From Promethearchaeota archaeon Loki_b31 (GTDB lineage: Archaea; Asgardarchaeota; Lokiarchaeia; Sigyniarchaeales; SOKP01), in the NCBI GenBank assembly GCA_005222975.1, contig NJBI01000001.1:32001-96000 (forward strand): DNA of 64,000 nucleotides, read 5' to 3'. Both the position numbers and the translations under genes were made by a program. Numbering within the stretch: the stretch's first letter is position 1; each line of letters starts with the position of its first letter. Under the pieces are notes generated by a model, which was given only the letters and a program-made list of their open reading frames with translations, was not told where the DNA came from and did not search any database. Shown here in pieces: positions 29,456-38,429 of the stretch.

Positions 29456-30646
29456 TTAAACCGAATTTTGAATTAATTGAACGCATTCATTATAAAATAA
29501 ATCGCCATAATGCGGATAAATCTTTTTATTACCATTTGCTATGAATTTGGCGTTATTTTCAATTTCTTTATTCCTACGACCATACATTAGGTCAGAAAAT
29601 GCTTCTAACCTAGTCCTGAAGCCAGCCAATCCGCTCTGCTCGTCGAAAGAGAAGTAAATAATAGGAAGGTCGTATATTCCCTTAAGTTTATTAGTTATAA
29701 TCGTTCGAGCCGTCACTTCCGGCATACATAAGAACGGATATTGATGAACGAATCCATCAAATCCCGCTTGAGCTTTGTCTATATATTCCCCTAGCACCCA
29801 TTGGCATTCCCCGCCAATATCCATCGGAACATAAGGTCGTGAAAGGTGTTCCAACCACTTTCTGTGATAATTTAAATGGAATTTATGGACAACCCAGTCG
29901 TATAAGCTTAAGCTCTGGTGTACTTCAATGTTCATCTCACCCAGCTTTCTACGGATATCTAAGTTTACGTAGGGTTCCAAACTAATGTGAATCTCTCCCG
30001 AAACCCCAACCCGTAGAGGATTTCGGGTTTTATCTGTATCTAAATTGCTAAAATCTTGCTTAATAACGCTTTTGAATTTTTTCAATTCTGGGAGCGTATT
30101 AGTTTGATCAAGCTTATTTAATAAGTTTTTAATTAAATCCGTCGTATCCCCCTGATTGCGCTCGTAAGCTCGGAAGATACCTTCAGCAGTTTGAATATCA
30201 TTTAATAGCTTAGCTTTTTTTATGAAAAAAATAACAGCCTTAACGAATTTTGTATACATAAACAAATCTTTTCGACCACTAACTTCTTGAAGAGTTTTGA
30301 CCCATTTGAAATCAAGTAAATCTGCTTGGTCTAAAGGAATTACAGTGATGTCTTTATAACCCATATCTTTTAAAATGCGTTCTTGGACGCTAGCATAAAA
30401 GCCAAATCTACACGGCCCGCAATCAATTGCCATGATCAGCGTATCTGCTCCTTTTTCTATAGCATTCACGAAATCCCCAATAGTCGCTTTAAACGGGAAG
30501 CACACAAATTCGGGGGAATACTTGACTCCGATTTTAATTGCTTCTCGATTCGTTGGATCTGGAATAATTACATCTAGACCAAGGCTTGTAAATAAGGTTT
30601 TGAAGGCTACCCAGTTGGGGCCCATATTGGGAAAAGAAATTATCAT
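29456..30646 (-). CDS. 2-hydroxyacyl-CoA dehydratase/reductase-fold Fe-S subunit (PlsR/Ger C-terminal-like)
   Basis: CFPFK, GPCRFGFY, GEI...N, PFLCMPE and DEQSGLAGFRTRLEAF motifs. Confidence 0.82.
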   Translation of the reverse strand: MIISFPNMGPNWVAFKTLFTSLGLDVIIPDPTNREAIKIGVKYSPEFVCFPFKATIGDFVNAIEKGADTLIMAIDCGPCRFGFYASVQERILKDMGYKDITVIPLDQADLLDFKWVKTLQEVSGRKDLFMYTKFVKAVIFFIKKAKLLNDIQTAEGIFRAYERNQGDTTDLIKNLLNKLDQTNTLPELKKFKSVIKQDFSNLDTDKTRNPLRVGVSGEIHISLEPYVNLDIRRKLGEMNIEVHQSLSLYDWVVHKFHLNYHRKWLEHLSRPYVPMDIGGECQWVLGEYIDKAQAGFDGFVHQYPFLCMPEVTARTIITNKLKGIYDLPIIYFSFDEQSGLAGFRTRLEAFSDLMYGRRNKEIENNAKFIANGNKKIYPHYGDLFYNECVQLIQNSV

Positions 30647-30891
30647 TTCTTGAAAAAATCCTCAAGTTAATAGTCAGTATCTTTGTTTAAAGAATTTAAC
30701 TTAATTTTACTCAATCAAGTATTTGATTAAATAAAAAATTACCCAATACAAACAGATTATCAATTGTATGATAATTTTAATAAAAAAACTGAGTAAAATT
30801 AATAAATAAATTGCATAGAAAAATTGAATTATAAGATTATTTCGTTTGATTTTTTAAAATGGTTTATAAAAAATAGTTAATGGTTATTTCA

Positions 30892-31968
30892 TTAAGCAGA
30901 TTTAATCGTTAATTTATTTCTTTTCCCAACTGTTAACCCCTTTTTCTTTCTTCGGATCATTTCGACAAAACTTTCTACTCTTGTGAGCAATCCGGCTTCC
31001 CCGCTGTGCTCGTCCATTATAATTTCTAAAAAGGGAAGTCCTACAATTTTCATGTCTCTCATGATCAGTTCAGAGATAAGGCTATCTGGTCCGCATGCGA
31101 AGCTGATTAAGAAAATTACGCCATCTATTTCGTCGCGTCCTTTAGTAAGGAAAAATCGAATAGCCTGCATAATTTCCTCTTCGTGTCTCCAATAATTTTG
31201 TAATTTTGCCCCTCTGGGGTTCACTATAACGGGCTTCTTGAAAATCGATTCTGGCAGATTTTCTATGGTAATGTGATCAACTCCTTGGTCTTTCAATTTT
31301 TTTTGAAAATCGAGGTTAATAAAAGTATCAAATATATTATAACCATGCCCTAATAGCAAAAATCGTATATCTCCTTCGCTTTTTCTTTTTGGTAAGGTAA
31401 AAGGGCGATTTCTTTCGACTAACCTTAAAGCGTGGTTAACTGAGGCGCCCTCTCTAAGAAACTCGTGATAATCGTCGAAATATTTTTGCGCTTCTTTATA
31501 AGCATTTAAGGCTTTGCTTTGGCTTTTCCCTAGTTGCTTTCCGAGTTCAACGGCAGCTGTCGATATTGGAAACTCTTTAACATTTACTTCAAAATTTAAA
31601 ATCCTTGGAACGCCAGGTAGAATTTTAATCACATCTGGTAAAGACAAAAATTTAGGGCAAAAGTACGAATCTTTTACTTCCGAAACATACCTAGGCACAA
31701 AAACAAAGTCTAAATCAGGATGATCTTTTACTAACCTTAAGAGTTGACCGTAATATATCTTGACTGGAATACACAACTCTCCGAATCCGTGTGTTACGCC
31801 CTCCTCAACGATTTTCTTGTTTGTAAGGGGACTTATAACGATTTCAGCGTCCAGTTCTTCCAGTAGTTTTTTCCAAAATGGAAAATATCTATAAAAATGA
31901 AGTGCCCTTGGTATCCCTACTTTGATCCGTTTCTTCTCTGTTTGTTGAAGTTCTTCCATTAATTCCAC
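30892..31968 (-). CDS. DUF2229 (CoA-substrate-specific enzyme activase-associated) Fe-S subunit
   Basis: VGIPRAL, PFWK, CIPVK, FCPK, FACGPD and DEHSGEAGLLTRVESF motifs. Confidence 0.85.
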   Translation of the reverse strand: MELMEELQQTEKKRIKVGIPRALHFYRYFPFWKKLLEELDAEIVISPLTNKKIVEEGVTHGFGELCIPVKIYYGQLLRLVKDHPDLDFVFVPRYVSEVKDSYFCPKFLSLPDVIKILPGVPRILNFEVNVKEFPISTAAVELGKQLGKSQSKALNAYKEAQKYFDDYHEFLREGASVNHALRLVERNRPFTLPKRKSEGDIRFLLLGHGYNIFDTFINLDFQKKLKDQGVDHITIENLPESIFKKPVIVNPRGAKLQNYWRHEEEIMQAIRFFLTKGRDEIDGVIFLISFACGPDSLISELIMRDMKIVGLPFLEIIMDEHSGEAGLLTRVESFVEMIRRKKKGLTVGKRNKLTIKSA

Positions 31969-31980
31969 TTAAATTCTCGT

Positions 31981-33666
31981 TTAGGCATCTGGGCTGTCGT
32001 ATAAGAGCAAATCTTTAATTTGAGCCATCATATTATCCGTTAAACGCTTTAATTCGGCGTAATCTGGCATTGGTTTGCCCCAATGTTTTTTATGTTCCAT
32101 GAATGGGGGTCCTGCTTTTAATATAGACCCCCTATAGAAGTTCAACATCTTAGCGTGTTTTGGGTACGTATCTTCTGTACCCGTAATTCCTACTAATAAG
32201 ATGGGTACTTGCTTTTCAATAGCTAATCGCATAGCACCTGTGTGACCCTCTAAGAGTTCACCACCGCCTGGATTGGTCGTTCCTTCGGGGTACATCATAA
32301 CCAATTCTCCGTTATCAAGAAGATGTTTAGCGTAATTATACGAATCGACATCGTGTTGTCCCCTTTTTAAGGGAAACGCGTGGTGGGTTCTAACCCAAGC
32401 GTTAACGATTGGGAATTTAAACAAACCCTGTTTCGCCATTTGGTAAAGAATTCGTTTTTTATGGTACGTCATACAAGTCGCGGTCATAATTACGTCCCAC
32501 TCAGAATTGTGGTTGGTACAAAAAATTGCTGCCCCGGTATCAGGAATATATTTTTCAAAGTCAATTGCTTTATATGGCATCATTAAGTTGCCTAAATTAT
32601 GGACTGCCCACCCATGCATAGCCTGAGATGCTGCTGCGTATTGTTTGCGTAGTCCGAATGCTTCTAACGATTTTATGAAGGAGTACCAGAGGTCGTCAAC
32701 AAGTTGTAGAGCACCCATTCCTACATCTTTTAAATAACTCAAAGCTGAATTTGACTTTTTGGGTTTTTCAACATCTTCAGGGGAACCAATCGATAGCTCT
32801 TCTTCCTTTTTCTTTTTCCTTGTGTCCACAATGACATATTCTCTTAAATCAAGAACAATCTGTCTTAATTCATTGGTTAGTCTCTTAATTTCTTCGTAAG
32901 AAACATCGTCAATATTATACTTATCGTAGTAAATCGGATCACCTACACGTACTTTGACTTGAGTTGGTTTCATGACCAATTTACCTTTTGGTAACGCATT
33001 TCTAGACCCAATCACTGCCATTGGAACAATCGGCACACCCATTTCAATCGCGAGTCGAACTGCCCCCGTTTTAAACTCTCCTAGTTCCCACCCAGTTTCC
33101 TCCCTAGACCGGGTACTTTCAGGGAAAATGCCTACCCAGTCTCCGCTTCTGAGAATCTCTTTGGCAGTCTCCCAGCCTTGCTCAGGATTCTCTCGATCTA
33201 TTTTAAAGGCTCCTAAATTCGTAAAAAGCGTTTTAACTAAAGGAGTTTTAAAATTATCCAATTTACTCATGTAATGGATTCTTCTTTGACAAGCAGCACC
33301 GTAGAAGAATGGGTCCAAATGAGACTCGTGGCTTCCTGCAAGAATGCCTGGCCCGTATTCCGGAAATAAATTCCCTAAAGGATATTCTGCTTTAAAATTC
33401 CAGAACAATCGGGCAAAAAACTTTATATAAACATATGCCGTCCACCATTGGAGTTTTCCCTCTATTTCTCCAATGTTCAATCGGTCAATAGCTTGACGAT
33501 AGAGGTCGTTTAATGGATCGATTGGATTATATTTTAAAATTTTATACATCGAGTTTTGGTGTCGTTTACCGAACTCTAAATCTTCCTTTTCTTTATCTTC
33601 AGTAGTTTTTATAATACTCGTATCTACTGAAGTTTTATATTCTTCTTTAAGCACCATTAATTTCAT
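31981..33666 (-). CDS. plsC: Tandem two-domain lysophospholipid/glycerol-phosphate acyltransferase (PlsC-PlsC)
   Basis: Domain 1 has SHESHLD...IDR...IFPESTRS...PIVP. Domain 2 has NHNSEWD...LKRG...YPEGT...PIL. Both HxxxxD motifs are intact. Confidence 0.9.
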   Translation of the reverse strand: MKLMVLKEEYKTSVDTSIIKTTEDKEKEDLEFGKRHQNSMYKILKYNPIDPLNDLYRQAIDRLNIGEIEGKLQWWTAYVYIKFFARLFWNFKAEYPLGNLFPEYGPGILAGSHESHLDPFFYGAACQRRIHYMSKLDNFKTPLVKTLFTNLGAFKIDRENPEQGWETAKEILRSGDWVGIFPESTRSREETGWELGEFKTGAVRLAIEMGVPIVPMAVIGSRNALPKGKLVMKPTQVKVRVGDPIYYDKYNIDDVSYEEIKRLTNELRQIVLDLREYVIVDTRKKKKEEELSIGSPEDVEKPKKSNSALSYLKDVGMGALQLVDDLWYSFIKSLEAFGLRKQYAAASQAMHGWAVHNLGNLMMPYKAIDFEKYIPDTGAAIFCTNHNSEWDVIMTATCMTYHKKRILYQMAKQGLFKFPIVNAWVRTHHAFPLKRGQHDVDSYNYAKHLLDNGELVMMYPEGTTNPGGGELLEGHTGAMRLAIEKQVPILLVGITGTEDTYPKHAKMLNFYRGSILKAGPPFMEHKKHWGKPMPDYAELKRLTDNMMAQIKDLLLYDSPDA

Positions 33667-33671
33667 CCTCC

Positions 33672-34454
33672 CTAGGATTTTATCTCAATCCTATTTTGAG
33701 TATTTGAATTTGATAAATTTTTATTTTCAATTATTTTAATTAATTCATCTAACGAGTCAATCAATAAGCTTGGGTTAAATTTCGCCAACATCTCTCTTTT
33801 ACTTACTCCGCTCGCAACACCAATCGTCCAAACTCCAGCTTCTCTTCCTGCTTCAATATCTGAAGGCATATCTCCAATCATTACAAATTCCTTCAATTTG
33901 CAGGATTTATAACTTTCAAAAACAGGGTTTAACGCGTTTGGGTCGGGTTTAAGAGCGGGAAGTAGATCTGCTCCAAAAATTCCTTTAAAAAAGCTTTTTA
34001 CTTTTTTTTCTTCTAAATGAGGAATTATATTCTTAGTCAGGTTGTGAGAGACAATAAATAAATCGTAAGTTTTTTTATATTTATTAATAAATTCCGTTGC
34101 TTCTGGATAAAACGATGCGTCTTTCGCGTACTCTAGATAACGCGTGAAAATTTTCGTTGCTATTCGTAGTTTTTTTAAATATGTTAGCGGTTGGAGCGAT
34201 TCTATGTATTTAAACAAATTAAAAGACTCCAATACGATTCTTGGAAGCGGAAGCCCTTGAATTGTCTCCATTAAAGCCCCTATTTCTTGCATCGTGCTTT
34301 CAATGTCAGCTGAAATGTGTTTTTCCTCGTATATTTCTTCTATTGCGTCCTTAAGCGTTTTTCTGATATCGAGGATAGTTCCGTCAAAATCAAAGATAAT
34401 TCCTCGAATCGTTCCATTTTGAAGCCGTTTAATTAATTGATTGTCAGCAAGCAT
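33672..34454 (-). CDS. HAD-superfamily phosphatase
   Basis: FDFDGTILD, VSH, KPDP and GDMPSD motifs; ends 5 bp before the plsC start. Confidence 0.9.
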   Translation of the reverse strand: MLADNQLIKRLQNGTIRGIIFDFDGTILDIRKTLKDAIEEIYEEKHISADIESTMQEIGALMETIQGLPLPRIVLESFNLFKYIESLQPLTYLKKLRIATKIFTRYLEYAKDASFYPEATEFINKYKKTYDLFIVSHNLTKNIIPHLEEKKVKSFFKGIFGADLLPALKPDPNALNPVFESYKSCKLKEFVMIGDMPSDIEAGREAGVWTIGVASGVSKREMLAKFNPSLLIDSLDELIKIIENKNLSNSNTQNRIEIKS

Positions 34455-34695
34455 TATTTATTAAAAAAGGGCAAAAATTTTAATAACTTTGTATTTATAT
34501 AGATGAATTAAGTTTACTTAAATGAATTTCTATATAAAAACCTAATCATACTGATCATACTGTATTATTATACCTCTTAGTTTTTATTTAATTGAATTTT
34601 ATGTAATTTCTAACATCTCTTTTTAATATTAATTCTTTAATATGTGAACTTTATATGTAAAACCACAAAAAATATATTATATAGAGGTTATTAGT

Positions 34696-34818
34696 ATGCA
34701 AACGCAGAATGAATTCCAAAACGATAGGTATCGTCACGCTGATTTTCTTCAAACTATTCCACAAACAAATAAGATATATAAAAAATTGTTTCTAAAAAGA
34801 AAGCCCAAACCCAAGTGA
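34696..34818 (+). CDS. Possible 40-aa small protein
   Basis: MQTQNEFQNDRYRHADFLQTIPQTNKIYKKLFLKRKPKPK*, preceded by GAGGT; below the ORF-track cutoff. Confidence 0.35.
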   Translation: MQTQNEFQNDRYRHADFLQTIPQTNKIYKKLFLKRKPKPK

Positions 34819-34943
34819 TATAAAAACTAATATTCTTGCTTCTTTTTAATATGTAGTTAGTTTCTTTTTTTAAAACAATAAAACATTTATATTTCATGGA
34901 GTTGTAATAACTTTAAATATAAATTAATAATACAGAAAAAGAA

Positions 34944-35363
34944 TTGACAAATATGTCAGAAAATAAACTTGGTAAGGTAAAAGAAGGAACTTATCCGGAG
35001 GGAGTTTTTAATCTTTATAACCCATTAAATTCAAATGATAAATTTAAAGAGAAATTCGCTAAAGAATCCTTTAAGATTTTATTAAATCCAAAAGATGGTG
35101 AATATGCCGCTTTAATAACTGTTGACAAAGGAACAGTTTCTGTACAGGGAATTGAAAACAAAGATAAGAAGGACTTAACAGATGAAAAACTTGGTTGGGA
35201 TGGCATGATGAAAACAACAATAGCACTATTTGATGAGATTGGTGAGGGAAAACTGTCGCAAAGCGATATCATAAAAAAAGTTGTAGCCCGCAAAATAAAA
35301 ATGAAAGCTCCAAAATTTTTAATGAAGTTAGACGAAATGGCGGCCTTTTTAAAAAGTGACTAA
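34944..35363 (+). CDS. SCP2 sterol/lipid-carrier-like protein
   Basis: Pattern ALITVDKGTVSV...DGMMKT...F..I.EGKLS...KIKMK..KFLMKL, typical of the SCP2 fold. Confidence 0.65.
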   Translation: MTNMSENKLGKVKEGTYPEGVFNLYNPLNSNDKFKEKFAKESFKILLNPKDGEYAALITVDKGTVSVQGIENKDKKDLTDEKLGWDGMMKTTIALFDEIGEGKLSQSDIIKKVVARKIKMKAPKFLMKLDEMAAFLKSD

Positions 35364-35590
35364 GTATTTAAATATAATTTTATTTTTCTTTTTATTTCAC
35401 GAATGTGTTAAATTCTTGATTTGAATTTGCGTTATTTTTTTCTATTTACTTTTAAAAACCGAATATCATTAACATTTTCTCTGAAACTTATATAAAAGTT
35501 ATAATCTTCTTCTTTTAGCTATTTTAATAAACTTTAAGTTCAAGATTTCGCTTTCCTTATTACCGTTAACAAATTCTTCTTATTAATATA

Positions 35591-36784
35591 ATGAAAGCAG
35601 ATAATTACAGAGTGTTTCCAATATTCCTTTTAGCATTTACGCGTGTTTCGACAGGAGTGGCGATTGGTTTAGCTATTCCACTTTATTTAATTGAGATAGG
35701 ATTAAATCCTGAAATAATTGGAATCATTACTTCTGGAACAGCCATGGCATACTTATTTTCGCCTTTAATCTTTAGAAATGTACAGAAAAAGCTTGGTGTA
35801 AAACCTACAATTATCATATCATCATTAGGTTTCTTACTTATTCAAGTAATCTTGCAGTTCTCAAAAGATCCATTGTTGATTTATTTCTTGTTAATTTTAG
35901 ATGGAACATTTTTAGGATTGTTTTGGCAAATTTTAATGGGCGCACTTTCGGCGATATCAAATTCAGAAGAATATCGTAAAAATAACTCATTAAAGGATAA
36001 ATTAATGAAAAAGTATAGTTTAGCTTGGAATTTTGGAGGAATTTTTAGCTACGCTTTAGGTTTCTTTATTTTGTTTTATATTGAAAATATTCAGATAATG
36101 TTTTTATTTGCGTTATTTTTTGCTATTATCGGCTTTAGTATAGCTTTAATTATTCAGGAACCCTCTCATAGTTTCGATAAAGAGATTATCGTTCCAATTG
36201 ACGAGGGAATAAAAGCAATTCCTCAAAGAGAACACATTTCTTTTCCTATAATTCTGCCGCTTTTTATGATTGGAATTTATGGGTTTTTAATTGGAGGTTT
36301 GGGATTAATTTATCCAATTAAATCTGAAATACTAAATTTCGCTCTCTTCACTAATTATCTATTTTTCTTTTTAAGAATGAGTACTCAAACGATTTCAATT
36401 TCAAAATCTATGGACTTTAAAATAAAAACAACCAAAAAAATGATTCCTATATCCAATCTACTTATCATGTTTTCCCTTTTCTTGATGGGAATAAATCAAA
36501 ACTTATTTATCTTTGCAATTCTCTTTTGTGCGTTTGGAATTTTTAATTCTTTTTATTATACCCTTGCTTTCAAACTAATAGTATTTCGGAATATAGCGAA
36601 TAACACTTCAAAATACAGCACTTATTTTGAAACTGCGATTGGAATTGGATTCTTTTTTGCGCCAATACTTTGTGGTTTTATCGCTGCGGTAGATGCAAAC
36701 TTAGCATTTTTCTTTTTATCCCTATTATCGTTGTTAAGCTTAGTTATATATCTACTTTCTAAAAACAAAATTGAAACTAATTAA
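35591..36784 (+). CDS. MFS transporter
   Basis: About 12 TM segments in a 6+6 arrangement. Confidence 0.8.
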   Translation: MKADNYRVFPIFLLAFTRVSTGVAIGLAIPLYLIEIGLNPEIIGIITSGTAMAYLFSPLIFRNVQKKLGVKPTIIISSLGFLLIQVILQFSKDPLLIYFLLILDGTFLGLFWQILMGALSAISNSEEYRKNNSLKDKLMKKYSLAWNFGGIFSYALGFFILFYIENIQIMFLFALFFAIIGFSIALIIQEPSHSFDKEIIVPIDEGIKAIPQREHISFPIILPLFMIGIYGFLIGGLGLIYPIKSEILNFALFTNYLFFFLRMSTQTISISKSMDFKIKTTKKMIPISNLLIMFSLFLMGINQNLFIFAILFCAFGIFNSFYYTLAFKLIVFRNIANNTSKYSTYFETAIGIGFFFAPILCGFIAAVDANLAFFFLSLLSLLSLVIYLLSKNKIETN

Positions 36785-36880
36785 CAAATTAAATTTCGGC
36801 TTTAATATTTCATTACATTAATATGAGAAAGCTCATTTTAGAATCCATATAAGGGATATTATTATTAGAGCTCAGTTCTT

Positions 36881-38332
36881 ATGGAAAATATCAATTCTAA
36901 TAATTCAGCAGATTCTATAAGCTACAATCGCATATTATGGCCTATTTATTTTCTTAATGGGTTCCAAAGTATTGCCTGGGGCGGGATTATCTTTCTTATC
37001 GTACCAATATCAAGAATTATGTGGCCAACTGAGCCAACTCACGCTTTAGAAATGGGAACATTAATTACAGTGCTATCATGGTCTGCTTCGATTTCAGGAT
37101 TAGTATTTGGACACTTAATTGATAAATACTCTCGTAAAAAGATAATCGTTATTATTTCAATATTTAGGGGGCTTGCGATAATAATGCTTGGATTTGCATT
37201 GGAGGGCGGCGGTTCGTCAGCTTGGATATATTTCTTAGTTTTCATAAGTATTTTTGGGATGTTTGCGGGATTAAGTTGGCCCGCCGTAATATCTTTGTCT
37301 AACGATATCGTTCCTAAAGCTTTTCGTTCGCGTTTTTTTGGCGTTTATGAGATAGTTCGCTCTCTTACTATGACCTTTGGGTTTTTAATTGGAGCTTTTT
37401 TAGTGCAGAACGGGCTGTGGAGACAGTATTTTTGAGGTACAGGATTAGGTATTTTAATTTGTGCCCTAATTTTTGCAATTCATAACGACGAGCCTAAAAG
37501 AGGAGCTCAACAAGAAGAGTTGTTACATATCCTTAAAAAGAAAGATGTCAATTACAACTTTAAAATCAATCGGGAGACTATGCTTAAAACAATGTTAAGT
37601 AAAACTAATAAAGTTGCCTTAATTGAAGGAATATTTACTCAGATTCTAATGGGCTCTATCAACTTTTTAATTCTTACCCTTATCCAAAATGAACCTCACA
37701 ATATTTCCGAATTTTCAACTAGTATTTTCATGATTACTTTTGGGTTAACGGGAGGAATTGTCGGACAGTTACTATTAGCAAGGTTAAGCGATAAATTAGC
37801 TAAAAAGCGGCCTATTATAAGAATACCAATTATTATTATAGCTATTATTGGGGGTCTATTCACTTTTATTCTTTTCTTTTTTATTCCCTGGCCCCATTTG
37901 ACTATTGAGCAAGGGAAAGATGTTGCTTTCTTAATGGCACTCCCAATAATTTGGTTAATGGGTATTATGTTCTTCTCATCAAGATCTATTTTTTCTCTAT
38001 ATATGGTTAACCAAAGTCCATTATTACAAGAAATAAATTTGCCAGAAGCACAAGGTCAAATAGTTTCATGGAATCAATTTTTAGAAAATTTCGGGAGAGG
38101 TATGGGCCCCTTATTAAGTGGGATTCTATTGGCTGTGACAAGCATGAATTATCAATCCACAATTTTAATAATTGCACTATGTATTCTTCCCGGAGTAATA
38201 TTATGGGGGTTTGCGATAAAATGGTTTCCTTCTGATGCTTATAACATAAGAGAGATATTAAAGGGAAGAGTTGACATTTTAGAATCAAATGAAGGGATGT
38301 CATCTCCCTCAGATCACCAAATAAAACCTTAA
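36881..38332 (+). pseudogene. MFS transporter with a single in-frame TGA at 37433-37435
   Basis: ORFs 36881-37435 and 37520-38332 are in the same frame. Read-through gives WRQYF*GTGLGILI...EPKRG, colinear with the paralogue at 38430. Confidence 0.85.
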
Positions 38333-38429
38333 TGAAATAAAAAACTCTTATAGTTGTAATGTTTCATCAATTTAAAATTTGAATTCTCATTTTCCATTCC
38401 ATATACTTATGAATTTATAGAATTTAGAA

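Noticed and set aside
28412-31968. Benzoyl-CoA reductase or amino-acid fermentation dehydratase
   Set aside because: No CoA-transferase, hydroxyacid dehydrogenase or aromatic degradation genes are adjacent. The DUF2229/GPCRFG subunit type and the acyltransferase context fit the PlsA/Ger-like group better. Not formally excluded.
37433-37435. In-frame TGA as selenocysteine or a genetic-code reassignment
   Set aside because: The position is in a hydrophobic TM segment with no Cys in the paralogues. TGA ends ordinary genes here (for example at 13623 and 61663), and the sister gene is broken by TAA instead.
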